A DNA stretch of 64,000 bases from Treponemataceae bacterium (GCA_963667725.2 CAXXHO010000003.1:320001-384000), one strand, 5' to 3'. Positions 52,945 to 63,607 are shown, numbered from the stretch's first letter. Numbers and translations: made by a program. Notes: generated from the sequence alone by a model not told the origin.

Positions 52945-53130
52945 ATATTCTATAAAGCATGCAGTAGCTTATACTACTATAGTATTTACATAATTCGTTT
53001 CAGTCAATAGATATAATATCTATAGCGTTACTTATAATTACTTAGCTTTGCTCTATTAATTATGCAATTTTAGCCAACTTTGCTACCGAATTTGCTACAA
53101 GTATCTTTAGGGGTTTTATCCGTTGGGCTC

Positions 53131-53230
53131 AGTATAGTTCCTGGTAAGGGGACTCATGGAAGTAGCATGAGAGGAGTTGAGGTCTACCTTATTTTTGATT
53201 CTTTTCTGTCTATATGGTGGGCTCATTATA
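53131..53230 (+). mobile_element. Right-end remnant of an IS3 related to the element at 15836-17123
   Basis: Reverse complement TATAATGAGCCCACC..AGACAGAAAAGAATC..AATAAGGT aligns with 15836-15935. Confidence 0.75.
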
Positions 53231-53252
53231 CTGCAGTAAAGTTACTTGCCAT

Positions 53253-55124
53253 TTAATCATCGATTGCTATAGGAAGCGTTATTAAAAATTGGCACCCTGA
53301 CTCTTCAAGATTCTTAACGCTTATTGTACCATCATGTCGCTTGATGATGCCATAACAGATAGAAAGTCCTAACCCTACATTATCCCCTTTTCCTTTATGA
53401 GTTGAATAGAATGGTATGAACACGTTATTTAGGTTTTCGCTTTGAATTCCCGTGCCTGTATCAGTGAATTCAATAGTGGCACGGGATTGTCCCTGAGGGT
53501 CAACAATCGATGAAGTTCTGATCCTGATATCACCTCCTTCTGGCATGGCTTCGAAACTGTTCTTCACTAAATTGAGGATCACCTGCTTTATCTCGTTTCG
53601 GTTTACCATGACCGAGATCTCTTGTTCGCTGGAGTTGAAGGTGATGGCAATTTTTTTGTCACGGGCGCTGATACGAAGCAGGCTGATTATATTCTCGATT
53701 ATTGTGTTCAAGCTGGTTTTCTCACGTCCTGTCTCGGCGGTGCTAGAGAGTGAGAGCAGGTCGCTGACAATGCCAGCGATGTAAGTGATCTCCTCATGGA
53801 GCTCGTCAACTGTCTTATGTAGCTTCACGTCATCGAAAGAAATTTTTATATACTTCAGATAATTATAGATAATCTCGAGAGGATTGTTAATCTCATGCGC
53901 GACTCCTGCAGCGAGGAGCCCGACGGAGGCGAGCTTTTCGGAAAGGATAACCTGCTTCTGAAGCTTGTCGAACTCAGAGATATCCTCAATGGTGATGATG
54001 TTGCCAATACGCTGGTTGTCGTCGAATATTGGGAGGGTTCTCACATTGCTTATTGTTTCGGTTCCGTTGATCGTCAGGGGGACCTGGTAGAACACACCAC
54101 CGTCATCGGTGTGGAGCGACTCGCGGACTAAAGCCAGAACTTTATGGTTTTCCTCCCCGAGGAGCTCCAAAAGGGGACGATTAGCGAAAGTCCCTTCTTC
54201 GAGATGGAAGTATTCCCTGCACAGTTCGTTTACTATCTTCGCCCGTTCCTCCACATCTACAACTATGAGGTTTATGGGCAGCTTCCGGAGGATCGCTTCA
54301 TTATACTTCAGGTACTGGTTGAATTCGCGTTTGTTATTATCGGAATCTGTCAAGGAATAAACCTGTGTATAGGTCAAACGTAGCAGATTCATCTTGTCGA
54401 TGTGGCCGACTTCGTCGGTCATAAGAATTTCACCGTTCTTCACGATGCTCACCCTGTCGGCGAAGTCGTAGACATCTTCGATGCGATGGGTGATGAAGAG
54501 TATCGCCATACCTTTAAGCCGCATCGAGTCCAGGATGTGGAGCACTTTGGGGAGATTGGAGGATGAGAGCTTTTCAAGAGCTTCATCCAGGATCAGGAGC
54601 CTGGGCTTTTTCTGGAGAGCGGCAAGTATCGAGATGAGGGTTCTGTCGGACAGGTTGAGATTGCTTACGATTTCGTTTGGGTTCAGGTTAAAGCTATGGA
54701 GGTCAAATAATACCTGGGCTTGGTTGCTAGAATCCCTCTTTCGCAACATGCCGTGGCGGGCGATTCCTCTGTTTAGAAAGTAGATGTTCTCGGCGACAGT
54801 GAAAAAAGCATTGAGCTGTACCTGTTGATAGACCATCTCGATACCCAGCCGATGGGCGATCGGTATGCTGAGCGATTCAAACGTTTGACCGGCGAACTCT
54901 ATTGTCCCCTTATTAGGCCGTAAATTACCGCTTAGGATCATGCCGAGGGAAGACTTGCCCGCGCCATGTTCGCCGACCAAAGCGTGGATTCGATAGGGAT
55001 AGAGCGTGAGGTTAACGTCTTTGAGCGCCGCGATTTGGCCATAATTATAGGAGATGAATGAAAGACGAGCCAATACGCTTTTTTCGAGGGGGGCAACATT
55101 GGGCTGCTCAGATATTGAGGCCAT
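53253..55124 (-). CDS. Hybrid sensor kinase: sugar-ABC ATPase domain, PAS, HisKA and HATPase
   Basis: GEHGAGKS, LLILDE and ITH; GVAHEINNPL H-box; NLVKNS N-box; DTGTG; GLGL. Confidence 0.85.
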   Translation of the reverse strand: MASISEQPNVAPLEKSVLARLSFISYNYGQIAALKDVNLTLYPYRIHALVGEHGAGKSSLGMILSGNLRPNKGTIEFAGQTFESLSIPIAHRLGIEMVYQQVQLNAFFTVAENIYFLNRGIARHGMLRKRDSSNQAQVLFDLHSFNLNPNEIVSNLNLSDRTLISILAALQKKPRLLILDEALEKLSSSNLPKVLHILDSMRLKGMAILFITHRIEDVYDFADRVSIVKNGEILMTDEVGHIDKMNLLRLTYTQVYSLTDSDNNKREFNQYLKYNEAILRKLPINLIVVDVEERAKIVNELCREYFHLEEGTFANRPLLELLGEENHKVLALVRESLHTDDGGVFYQVPLTINGTETISNVRTLPIFDDNQRIGNIITIEDISEFDKLQKQVILSEKLASVGLLAAGVAHEINNPLEIIYNYLKYIKISFDDVKLHKTVDELHEEITYIAGIVSDLLSLSSTAETGREKTSLNTIIENIISLLRISARDKKIAITFNSSEQEISVMVNRNEIKQVILNLVKNSFEAMPEGGDIRIRTSSIVDPQGQSRATIEFTDTGTGIQSENLNNVFIPFYSTHKGKGDNVGLGLSICYGIIKRHDGTISVKNLEESGCQFLITLPIAIDD

Positions 55125-56430
55125 ACTTTTCCATTTTGTTGTAGAGGGTTTTACGGCTCATGTTTAGAATCTCCGCTGTCTTGGAACGATTGTATTTTGT
55201 GTTCTGGAGAATTCTGATGATCAAGTCCTTGTCCATGTCCTGACGAATATCGACCGACTCGTAATTATCGCCTTTGCCGAATAGATTTACAGGCAGATCT
55301 TCCATTTCGATACAAGCTCCTCGGGACATTGCGGTAGCATAGCTAAGGACATTCTTCAGCTCACGCACATTCCCCGGCCAGCTGTAATCTAAAAACCTTT
55401 TCGCGACATCGTGCGATAATTCTTTACGGCAATTGCCGATGTGCTCAGCAAGGAAGTGATCGACAAGAAGGGGGATATCTCCCTTGCGTTCCCTGAGTGG
55501 AGGGACGGTGAGGACGGCGGCGTTGAGGCGATAGTACAAGTCCTCACGGAAAAGGTTTTTTCGGATTAAATCGAGCAGGTCTTTGTTTGTCGCGGCGATG
55601 AATCGCACATCGATCTTTATTGTCGCGCTTCCTCCCAGTCGCCGTATTTCGCTATTCTGCAGCGTTCTGAGGATCTTGGCTTGGATGCTGAGAGGCATGT
55701 CACCTATCTCATCAAGGAAGAGCGTACTTTTATCAGCTTTTTCAAAAAGGCCTTTGAAGATCGAATCAGCGCCGGTATATGCTCCCTTTTCGTGCCCGAA
55801 AAGCTCGTTGTCTAAAAGGGTTTCTGCGAAGGCTACGCAGTTGATCTTGACCATTGGCAGAGCGCTACGCGACGAAGCAGCGTGAATATAATCGGCTAAT
55901 ACTTCCTTTCCGGTTCCGCTTTCGCCTAAAACTAAAACGGGGAGATCCGTCTGCGCAAGTCTGTCCATCTTATTTCTGAGTTCAGTCATGTGGGAATCAG
56001 AGGAGATGATAGTAACTGAAAGCTCCCGAAGCCGGGATTTTAGATTGGTATTCTCGGTTTGGAGCCTGGAGAATTCGAGAGCTTTCTCAACAATTATCAA
56101 GAGTTCGTCGAAATCGATGGGTTTTTTGACATAGTCGAATGCGCCGAGTTTGAGGGACTGCACTGCCGTCTCTACTGAGGCGAAAGCGGTGATCATGATC
56201 ACGGGAATGGCTTTGTTGATGGCTTGTAGGTTCTTCAATAGGTCGATGCCACTTTCCTTGCCGAGCATTATATCAAGAAGCACAACATCGATTCCGCCAG
56301 CGGAGAATGCTGAAAGCGCTTCCTTAACGCCGGTGACGATCACTGTGTGATAATCCAGATGTTCGAAATTCTGCGCTAAGCTGACGCAGACCTTCACCTT
56401 GTCGTCGACGATAAGGATGGTTTTTTTCAT
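55108..56430 (-). CDS. NtrC-family sigma54-dependent response regulator
   Basis: Receiver domain; GESGTGKE; ELFGHEKGAYTGA; WPGNVREL; Fis-type HTH. Confidence 0.93.
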   Translation of the reverse strand: MKKTILIVDDKVKVCVSLAQNFEHLDYHTVIVTGVKEALSAFSAGGIDVVLLDIMLGKESGIDLLKNLQAINKAIPVIMITAFASVETAVQSLKLGAFDYVKKPIDFDELLIIVEKALEFSRLQTENTNLKSRLRELSVTIISSDSHMTELRNKMDRLAQTDLPVLVLGESGTGKEVLADYIHAASSRSALPMVKINCVAFAETLLDNELFGHEKGAYTGADSIFKGLFEKADKSTLFLDEIGDMPLSIQAKILRTLQNSEIRRLGGSATIKIDVRFIAATNKDLLDLIRKNLFREDLYYRLNAAVLTVPPLRERKGDIPLLVDHFLAEHIGNCRKELSHDVAKRFLDYSWPGNVRELKNVLSYATAMSRGACIEMEDLPVNLFGKGDNYESVDIRQDMDKDLIIRILQNTKYNRSKTAEILNMSRKTLYNKMEKYGLNI

Positions 56431-56468
56431 TTTTCTCCATCAACATTACTCACTTCGATATCGCAGAA

Positions 56469-56485
56469 TGAGTAAAAATTACTCA
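56469..56485. promoter_or_regulatory. Palindromic candidate enhancer (UAS) for the sigma54 activator
   Basis: TGAGTAA-AAA-TTACTCA, ~115 bp upstream of the -24/-12 site. Confidence 0.55.
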
Positions 56486-56599
56486 ATTAGTATGAGGGCC
56501 CAAAATCATACTGTCAATCTTTATTTTTTGCACTAATTTAAAAGGTTATGCTACAGTGGATTGATAAGCAATCATATTATTACTGCTATTTTGCTTCCA

Positions 56600-56615
56600 T
56601 GGCATGTTTCTTGCT
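56600..56615 (+). promoter_or_regulatory. sigma54 -24/-12 promoter
   Basis: TGGCATGTTTCTTGCT fits TGGCAC-N5-TTGCW. Confidence 0.75.
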
Positions 56616-56677
56616 ATGTACTTTGCTGTGACTATCGGAAGTTTTCCGACGAATAATCGAGAAGGAGGAAACAACTA

Positions 56678-57637
56678 ATGAAAAGGATTCGGTCTCTTGT
56701 GTTCATCCTGACCGCGGTCGCGATGGTATTCTCAGCCATGGCCGTAGGCGCTCAGGCAAAGCAAGTCAAGATCGCCGTAGTAAACCTCGCGCAGAGCAGC
56801 CCATACTTCATCGGTATGGCCGAGGCGATTAAACAGGAGGGGGCCCACTTTTCCAACATCAAGGTTATCGTTACCGATGCCAAGGGAGACGCGCAAAAAC
56901 TGACTTCCGACGTAGAAGATGTTCTCGCACAGAACGTCGACGGAATAATCCTGAGCGGTGCCTGGCTCGAATCGGCTCCTGAGGTTTTAGATTCTATCCA
57001 AAGGGCTAAGGTTCCCGTAGTACTCGTCGACAGAATGTTTACGGGGCCAAGTAGCGATAAATACACTAGCTGGGTTGGCCCGGACAATTACCTAATTGGG
57101 CAACAGGTCGGCGCTTATATTGCGAAACGTCTCAAGGGAGTCGGAACCGTCGTAATCCTGAAAGGTGGACCCGCAGACAATTCGATCGGTTATAACCGGA
57201 CCAATGGTGTCCTCTCCGAGCTTAAAAAAACTAAAATCGTAACGATAGCGGCTCCAAACTATGGTGGATGGAGTTCGGATGGCGGCTTTAAGCTCATGGA
57301 AGATCTCCTTGCTAAATACAAGCAGATAGACGCAGTTTTTGCAGAGAACGATTCCATGGCTCTCGGCGCCCAGAAAGCAATTGCTGATGCGAAACGCACC
57401 GATAAAATATTCATTTGTGGCGTCGATGGCGAAAAGGCAGCCCTCGAAGAGATTGCCAAGAAAACAAATTATGCTGCCAGCGGACTCAATAGCTCTGATC
57501 AGATCGGCCGTGCCGGCTTCACGCGCCTCATGACCATACTCGCTGGAGCCGTCCCTGAAAAGAACACAGTTATGGCATCCCCAATAATTACTATCGACAA
57601 TGTCCAGAGGTTCTATTTCCCTGAGAGCGTGTTCTGA
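56678..57637 (+). CDS. Sugar ABC transporter substrate-binding protein
   Basis: Signal peptide; VPVVLVDR, VGPDN and NDSMALGA motifs. Confidence 0.9.
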   Translation: MKRIRSLVFILTAVAMVFSAMAVGAQAKQVKIAVVNLAQSSPYFIGMAEAIKQEGAHFSNIKVIVTDAKGDAQKLTSDVEDVLAQNVDGIILSGAWLESAPEVLDSIQRAKVPVVLVDRMFTGPSSDKYTSWVGPDNYLIGQQVGAYIAKRLKGVGTVVILKGGPADNSIGYNRTNGVLSELKKTKIVTIAAPNYGGWSSDGGFKLMEDLLAKYKQIDAVFAENDSMALGAQKAIADAKRTDKIFICGVDGEKAALEEIAKKTNYAASGLNSSDQIGRAGFTRLMTILAGAVPEKNTVMASPIITIDNVQRFYFPESVF

Positions 57638-57682
57638 TCTTCATCCAGGCCCCCTCTTTAGGGGGCCTCTGCATCTATCCCA

Positions 57683-59164
57683 ATGGAGAGATTCTATATG
57701 AAAATGCTCATAGATAGCCAATGGACAGATTCGGCCAACCATCAAACCAAGGTTGTCAAAAATCCTGGTACAGGGGAAGTTATCGACGAGGTTCCCCAGG
57801 CGACCGAAGGCGATATCGATCGAGCTCTCAAGGCAGCAGAGGAAGGCAAGAAGAGGATGAGCGCGACACCAGCGTATCGTCGAACCGAGATACTTACACG
57901 CGCAGCCGAAATAATTCACGAACGTAAGGAAGAGCTTGCGACGCTTTTAGCCAAAGAAAACGGCAAACCAATAGGCCAAACACGCGCCGAAGTCGAGGTT
58001 GCGGGACGTCTTTTTAGCGGATTTGCCGAGGAAGGTCGACGTATGTTCGGTCGTACCATCCCCATGGATTCGGTCCCTGGCAATGAGCGCCACTTTGCGA
58101 TGACCATCAGACAGCCGATCGGCGTTGTTGCCGCGATCGTTCCGTTCAACTATCCAGTGGAGTTGTTTGCCCATAAAGTCGCAGCAGCTTTAGCAGCTGG
58201 CAACGCAGTGATTACAAAACCACCAAGTGCTTGTCCCCTTACGCTCCTTAAAATCGCAGAGATTCTTGAGAATGCGGGACTACCGCGCGGAGTGCATCAA
58301 ATGATAACGGGACCGGGCGAGCTGGTAGGGGAGCGTCTTGCCTTAAGCCCTATAGTGCGCCTTCTATCGCTCACTGGAAGTGTCCCTGTCGGTATCAAGC
58401 TTGCGGAACTCGGTGCGAAGAATCTCCAGAAAATCCACCTGGAACTCGGCGGCAACGATGCCATGATAGTATGTGTAGATGCCGATATTGAGAAAGCGAC
58501 CGATGCTGTCATCCTGGGGCGACTCGCTCGAGGGAATGGCCAAATCTGTTGCGCAGTCAAACGGATTTTTATAGACCGTCGTATCTATAAAGATTTCTGC
58601 GCAATGTTAGTTTTAAAAGCCTCTCACCTCAAGGTTGGGGATCAATTAGCTGAGGATACCGATTGTGGACCCTTAATTTCAGAAAACGCCGCAAGAAAGG
58701 TTGAGAATTCCATAATCGAAGCGGTGAGGGCAGGTGCGAAGCTTCTCTATGGAGGATCGCGCAACGGCGCTTTCATTATACCTACTGTTCTTGCCGAGGT
58801 TTCCCCCTCGATGCCCTTGTTCCAGGAAGAGACCTTTGGGCCGGTGGCCCCTCTTGTGGCATTTCAAAATGTGGAGGAGGCGATACGAATGGCTAATGAT
58901 AGCCAGTTCGGATTACAAGCTTCCGTTTTTACAAACGATATCTCCCAAGCTATGACCATTGCCCGCCAATTGGAAGCTGGAGGCATCATCATCAACTGGT
59001 CTTCAGCGCTACGAGCTGAGAATGTACCTTTCGGGGGGATTAAGTTGAGCGGTCATGGCCGAGAAGCATTGCATGACACCCTTACCGGAATGACTGAAGA
59101 GAAAGCGATCATTATTCACAATGCTTTTCCGCAAGCTCTAAACCGAGAGGTGGTGGAGCCATGA
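57683..59164 (+). CDS. Aldehyde dehydrogenase family protein
   Basis: PFNYP, TGS, LELGGND, GQICC, EETFGP and PFGG motifs. Confidence 0.92.
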   Translation: MERFYMKMLIDSQWTDSANHQTKVVKNPGTGEVIDEVPQATEGDIDRALKAAEEGKKRMSATPAYRRTEILTRAAEIIHERKEELATLLAKENGKPIGQTRAEVEVAGRLFSGFAEEGRRMFGRTIPMDSVPGNERHFAMTIRQPIGVVAAIVPFNYPVELFAHKVAAALAAGNAVITKPPSACPLTLLKIAEILENAGLPRGVHQMITGPGELVGERLALSPIVRLLSLTGSVPVGIKLAELGAKNLQKIHLELGGNDAMIVCVDADIEKATDAVILGRLARGNGQICCAVKRIFIDRRIYKDFCAMLVLKASHLKVGDQLAEDTDCGPLISENAARKVENSIIEAVRAGAKLLYGGSRNGAFIIPTVLAEVSPSMPLFQEETFGPVAPLVAFQNVEEAIRMANDSQFGLQASVFTNDISQAMTIARQLEAGGIIINWSSALRAENVPFGGIKLSGHGREALHDTLTGMTEEKAIIIHNAFPQALNREVVEP

Positions 59165-60720
59165 ATGCGGCGGCTTTTCTGCGAATGGAGGGGATTACAA
59201 AAAAGTATGGTGGCACGACTGCACTAAAGAATGTAAGCCTGTCTGCTGGGCTTGGTGAAGTTCATGCCATCGTCGGCGAAAATGGTGCCGGCAAATCCAC
59301 GTTGATGAATATCCTCTCTGGCGCTATCGAGCCCGACTTAGGAAGCATTTCCCTGGGGGCTACAACGGTGACGATTCGTTCTCCGCACCATGCCAATTCC
59401 TTGGGTATACGAGCCGTACACCAGGAGTTCAGCCTTGTGCCGCAACTGACTATCGCGGAGAACATTCTCATGGGGAAGTTGCCTACCCGTGGCAAGAGGC
59501 ACATAGTTATCGACTGGCCAAAGGCTTATGAAAAGGCGCGAGGGATTCTCGCCGAATTGGGCTTCGCAGGCATCGATGAACGTACCCGCGTTTTTCGCTT
59601 AAGTGTTTCTCAACAGCAGGTAGTGGAGATTGCCAAGGCTCTCGCCGAAAAGCCGAGCGTCTTGATTCTGGACGAACCTTCAGCGGTCCTATCGAAGGAA
59701 GAGCTCTCTCTCCTCTTTGCTCTGATACGGCGGCTCAAGGCTGAGAAGACGCTGATACTCTACATCTCACATAGGCTCGAAGAAGTATTCGAGATCGCTG
59801 ACCGTATCACTGTTCTCAGAGATGGTGAAGTGATCGATACTGTGATGTGCGATTCCATCGATCAAAATGATCTAATCCGCATGATGGTCGGGCGCTCTTT
59901 TGAGGAAATCTATCCTAAGCGCACGACGAAGATCGGGAAAGAAGTGCTTACCATCCATAATCTCTCTCGCGAGGGGGAATTCAGTGATATCGATTTTTCA
60001 CTTCATCGCGGAGAGGTCCTGGGTATGTTCGGCCTCGTCGGAAGCGGAAGGACCGCTATCGCGAGGAGCATTTTCGGGGCTGATCCCCCAACATCAGGAA
60101 GCATCGAAGTAGATGGTAAAGTATTACGGTTGCATACGCCCCATAATGCAGTGAACACAGGTATTTCCCTTGTGACGGAGGATCGTAAGCGGGATGGGCT
60201 GGTGTTGACGGGCACGATTTGTGACAACGTGAGCCTAGCTTCTTACCCCCGAATGAGCAACGGTATATTCTTGAACCGAAAGCTCCAAGAAAAGCTAGTG
60301 GAGGAAAAGATAAGGGCGCTTGCGCTGAAGCCCCAAAAAATCAAGGCTTTTGTGAAAACATTAAGTGGCGGCAATCAACAGAAAGTAATTCTTGCGAAGT
60401 GGTTGTTGTGTAATACAAAAGTACTCATTCTCGATGAACCTACGAGGGGCGTGGATATCGGCGCGAAAGTCGAGATCTACCATCTCATCAACGTCCTTGT
60501 CGAATCAGGAGTTGGGGTGTTGCTTATATCCTCGGAGATGCCCGAGGTCCTTGGTATGAGTGATAGGATACTTGTGATGCGTGAAGGGCGGCTCGTAGGC
60601 GATATCAGCCGGGATAAAGCCAGTGAAGAGAGAATTCTTCAGCTCGCGGCGGGTGTATCGCGTGAAGCTGATGGGTTAAATATTGCGCTAAGCGGAATTA
60701 CGATGGAGGGTAAGGCATGA
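59161..60720 (+). CDS. Sugar ABC transporter ATP-binding protein (tandem NBD)
   Basis: GENGAGKS; LSGGNQQK; DEPTRGVD. Confidence 0.93.
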   Translation: MNAAAFLRMEGITKKYGGTTALKNVSLSAGLGEVHAIVGENGAGKSTLMNILSGAIEPDLGSISLGATTVTIRSPHHANSLGIRAVHQEFSLVPQLTIAENILMGKLPTRGKRHIVIDWPKAYEKARGILAELGFAGIDERTRVFRLSVSQQQVVEIAKALAEKPSVLILDEPSAVLSKEELSLLFALIRRLKAEKTLILYISHRLEEVFEIADRITVLRDGEVIDTVMCDSIDQNDLIRMMVGRSFEEIYPKRTTKIGKEVLTIHNLSREGEFSDIDFSLHRGEVLGMFGLVGSGRTAIARSIFGADPPTSGSIEVDGKVLRLHTPHNAVNTGISLVTEDRKRDGLVLTGTICDNVSLASYPRMSNGIFLNRKLQEKLVEEKIRALALKPQKIKAFVKTLSGGNQQKVILAKWLLCNTKVLILDEPTRGVDIGAKVEIYHLINVLVESGVGVLLISSEMPEVLGMSDRILVMREGRLVGDISRDKASEERILQLAAGVSREADGLNIALSGITMEGKA

Positions 60721-61670
60721 AAACGACTACACCATTAATCGAGAAGACCAGGTGGATGTTCAAGATACGCTCATCCGATATCATTTTTATCGTGACTTTC
60801 GCGATTTTGTTCCTTGTAAGTTCCCTACTTTTGGACACGTTTTTTACGGCGAGGAATCTCTTCAATATTTCTCGACAAATCGTCACGAACGGCTTTATAA
60901 GCATTGGAATGCTCATCGTCATCCTCGCGGGCGGTGTTGACTTATCGGTAGGTTGTACCGTGGCGCTCTGTGGCATTATGGCTACGGGGCTCCAGAAGAT
61001 GATGCCGACACCTTTTGCGATCCTCGTCGCACTGGCTGTGGGCCTTTTTATCGGGTTCATAAATGGTTTCTTTATCGCGCAATTAAAGCTTCAACCCTTT
61101 ATCGTTACTCTTGCCTCCATGGGCGTCATTCGTGGGGCAACCTATGTCTTCTCCGAGGTTCCACAGTCTCCTGTCGATCCACTCTTTCGTTCCCTTCTCG
61201 GTGGAGGATTCATCGGTGCGGTTCCTGTCGCACCGCTCATCATGATTGTCTTTTATTTTTTAGCCTGGTTCTTCCTCAACCGGACAATCCCGGGCAGAGC
61301 GATCACTGCGATCGGCGGCAACAAGGAAGCCGTAAGGCTGGCGGGAATCAACGTCAAAGGCCATCTTATCCTCGCCTATATGCTCTGCGGATTCTTTGCT
61401 AGTGCTGCGGGCATCATTCTGGCTTCGCGGCTGGGCATCGCTCAACCGAGTGTCGGAGCCGGATTCGAACTGGATGCGATCGCGGCCGTGGTGATCGGCG
61501 GAGGTGTAATGACTGGCGGAAGCGGCGGGGCTGTTGGTACCTTCTTCGGTGTGCTCGCTCTCGGCTTTATCGACAACTTGCTCAATCAGTTCAATGTCCA
61601 GTCCTATTATCAGCAAATTGTTAAGGGAATCATTATCCTTGTGGCGGTAGTCTCGCGCAGGAAGAGCTGA
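60717..61670 (+). CDS. Sugar ABC transporter permease (RbsC-like)
   Basis: GVDLSVG; PFIVTL; ELDAIAAVVIGG. Confidence 0.92.
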   Translation: MKTTTPLIEKTRWMFKIRSSDIIFIVTFAILFLVSSLLLDTFFTARNLFNISRQIVTNGFISIGMLIVILAGGVDLSVGCTVALCGIMATGLQKMMPTPFAILVALAVGLFIGFINGFFIAQLKLQPFIVTLASMGVIRGATYVFSEVPQSPVDPLFRSLLGGGFIGAVPVAPLIMIVFYFLAWFFLNRTIPGRAITAIGGNKEAVRLAGINVKGHLILAYMLCGFFASAAGIILASRLGIAQPSVGAGFELDAIAAVVIGGGVMTGGSGGAVGTFFGVLALGFIDNLLNQFNVQSYYQQIVKGIIILVAVVSRRKS

Positions 61671-61712
61671 TTGGTCTGCTCTCCTCTCCGGCTTCACAAG
61701 AAAGGGCACTTT

Positions 61713-62171
61713 ATGAATGCGTATGAGAATTTGAAGAAACTCGGGTATTCTCTTCCAGACCTGCCACCGCTCGCAGGACTCTATGTAAAGCTGAAACGTA
61801 TCGACCATATGGCCTATGTTTCCGGACAAGGTTGCACTCTCAAAGGACGGCCTGCCTATATGGGGAAAGTGGGGGCCAATCTATCTTTGGAAGAGGGACA
61901 GGAAGCGGCGAGAATCTGCACTCTTAATGCATTGGCAATATTGGATGATTCGCTTGGTTCGCTTGATAAGGTGAAAAACGTGGTGAAGGTGCTCGGTTTT
62001 GTCGCGAGTGCCCATGATTTCAACAGTCAGCCGGCGGTTATCAATGGTTGTTCCCAGCTTCTCATAGATGTGTTCGGCGAAGCGGGGAGGCACGCGCGCT
62101 CCGCTATAGGCGTCAGTGAGTTGCCTGGAAATATCCCTGTCGAAATTGAGTTCATATTCGAGGTGGAGTAA
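61713..62171 (+). CDS. RidA/YjgF family protein
   Basis: YVSGQ, VINGCSQLL, HARSAIG and PVEIE motifs. Confidence 0.88.
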   Translation: MNAYENLKKLGYSLPDLPPLAGLYVKLKRIDHMAYVSGQGCTLKGRPAYMGKVGANLSLEEGQEAARICTLNALAILDDSLGSLDKVKNVVKVLGFVASAHDFNSQPAVINGCSQLLIDVFGEAGRHARSAIGVSELPGNIPVEIEFIFEVE

Positions 62172-62272
62172 AGTCATTACGGAGGCATACCTATCATTCT
62201 CCAGCCACTGAATGGATTGAGTCTATATGGATAGGTGAATATCTTCTGCCGACGGACAATCTGACTAGACTA

Positions 62273-62760
62273 TGTATTTCGTCAAGCCGAAATACGCCAA
62301 AAAATCGTACAAAAGTACCCATCAGCTCGTGGGTAATTTTACCTGACCTTTCTGCCGCATGAGGGCGTGTTTCATTCGGTAGCTTTCGCCCTCGAAGAGT
62401 AGAATGTGGCCATGGTGGGCAAGCCTGTCGATCATCGCGGCAGCCATCTGATCATCAGTAAAGATCGTCCCCCACTTGGAGAACTCAAGATTGGTCGTGA
62501 GAATAACGCTTCGGCGCTCATAGGAATCTGCAATTATCCTGAACAGGAGCTGAGCTCCTTGCCGGTCGACGAGAACATAGCCCCATTCGTCAATGATCAA
62601 GAGATCAGCCCTTGCGATGTACTTTATAAGCCGCTCAAGAGATCCTTCCTTGAGGGCTTCGGAAAGCTTTACCACGAGTTCTGCCGCGGTAAAGAACTTG
62701 GTACGGAAGGAGCGAAAGCACGCGGCAACGCCAAGGGCAGTAGCAAGATGTGTCTTCCTG
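62273..62760 (-). pseudogene. istB: IS21-family istB 3' remnant with probable terminal IR
   Basis: LLIIDEWGY, TTNLEFSKW and AMIDRLAHH; 5' part missing. Confidence 0.8.
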
Positions 62761-62774
62761 GTTCCTACGGGGCC

Positions 62775-62838
62775 ACTCCTCTTTTACTGCTTCGAGGGCA
62801 ACCATTGCCTTATACTGCTCGTCGAACTTCTTCCTCAT
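62775..62838 (-). pseudogene. IS3 orfA 5' fragment
   Basis: MRKKFDEQYKAMVALEAVKEE resembles the orfA at 16727-17029. Confidence 0.6.
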
Positions 62839-62874
62839 GGTGGACTCTCCTTCTTCTAGGATATTCCACCTTAT

Positions 62875-63168
62875 TCAGTTTCTGTAGTGGTCCGGCCCGT
62901 TGGGCTCAGCATAATGATTTTTGATCACCTGCCATGTTGGACTATTTATTTTAAGCGCAGGGATTCTACGTTTTGCTCGCTTATCAGTAGTCCGCTGCGC
63001 GAGAAATGGGTTATATAAGCCTCTATCGTGTCCCTTTTTAAGTTCACGCGATATGGTTGACTTTGAAAAACCCATCATTTTAGCGATAGCCCCTTGGCTA
63101 TTCCCAAGATTTAGGTAAACGGTAATCTCTTCACGATCTTTGTTCGTGATTCTTCTGTATTTTCCCAC
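62875..63168 (-). pseudogene. IS30-family transposase N-terminal fragment
   Basis: YRRIT..DREEI...IAKMMGFSKSTISRELKK...YNPFLAQ; no DDE domain. Confidence 0.7.
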
Positions 63169-63607
63169 GTTCCCATCCTAACACTTTATGCGTTAGGAGT
63201 TACTGAGTACCAGTTTTTAATTTCCTGGCTTCATTGAATAGAGTTTTAAAAGGGCTCATATATATAAATAAATTTACTCCAAAAGTTGGTTATTTTACTT
63301 GCGCATAAAAAATAGTGGGTGTATAAGTAGCAGGAGAAAGAATAATTTGGCTCGTGTGCCCATAGTGTATCGCTCAACGCACGGTAGCATGTTTTAATAT
63401 ATATATAAAAAAAGAAGTTATTGGCTTTGCTTTAGAACTTAACATGCATCCGTTTTTACAAGGATACTCATTTGCAGGCATGAGTGGTCTCTTATTTGAA
63501 TCGCTTTGCTGAGAATTCATACCTCTCTGATGAAGAGAACGTGAGTAGGCGGTAGTGTAACCGTTCTTATTTTTAGCTGACTTAGAATAGGAAGGAAGGA
63601 AAAGATC

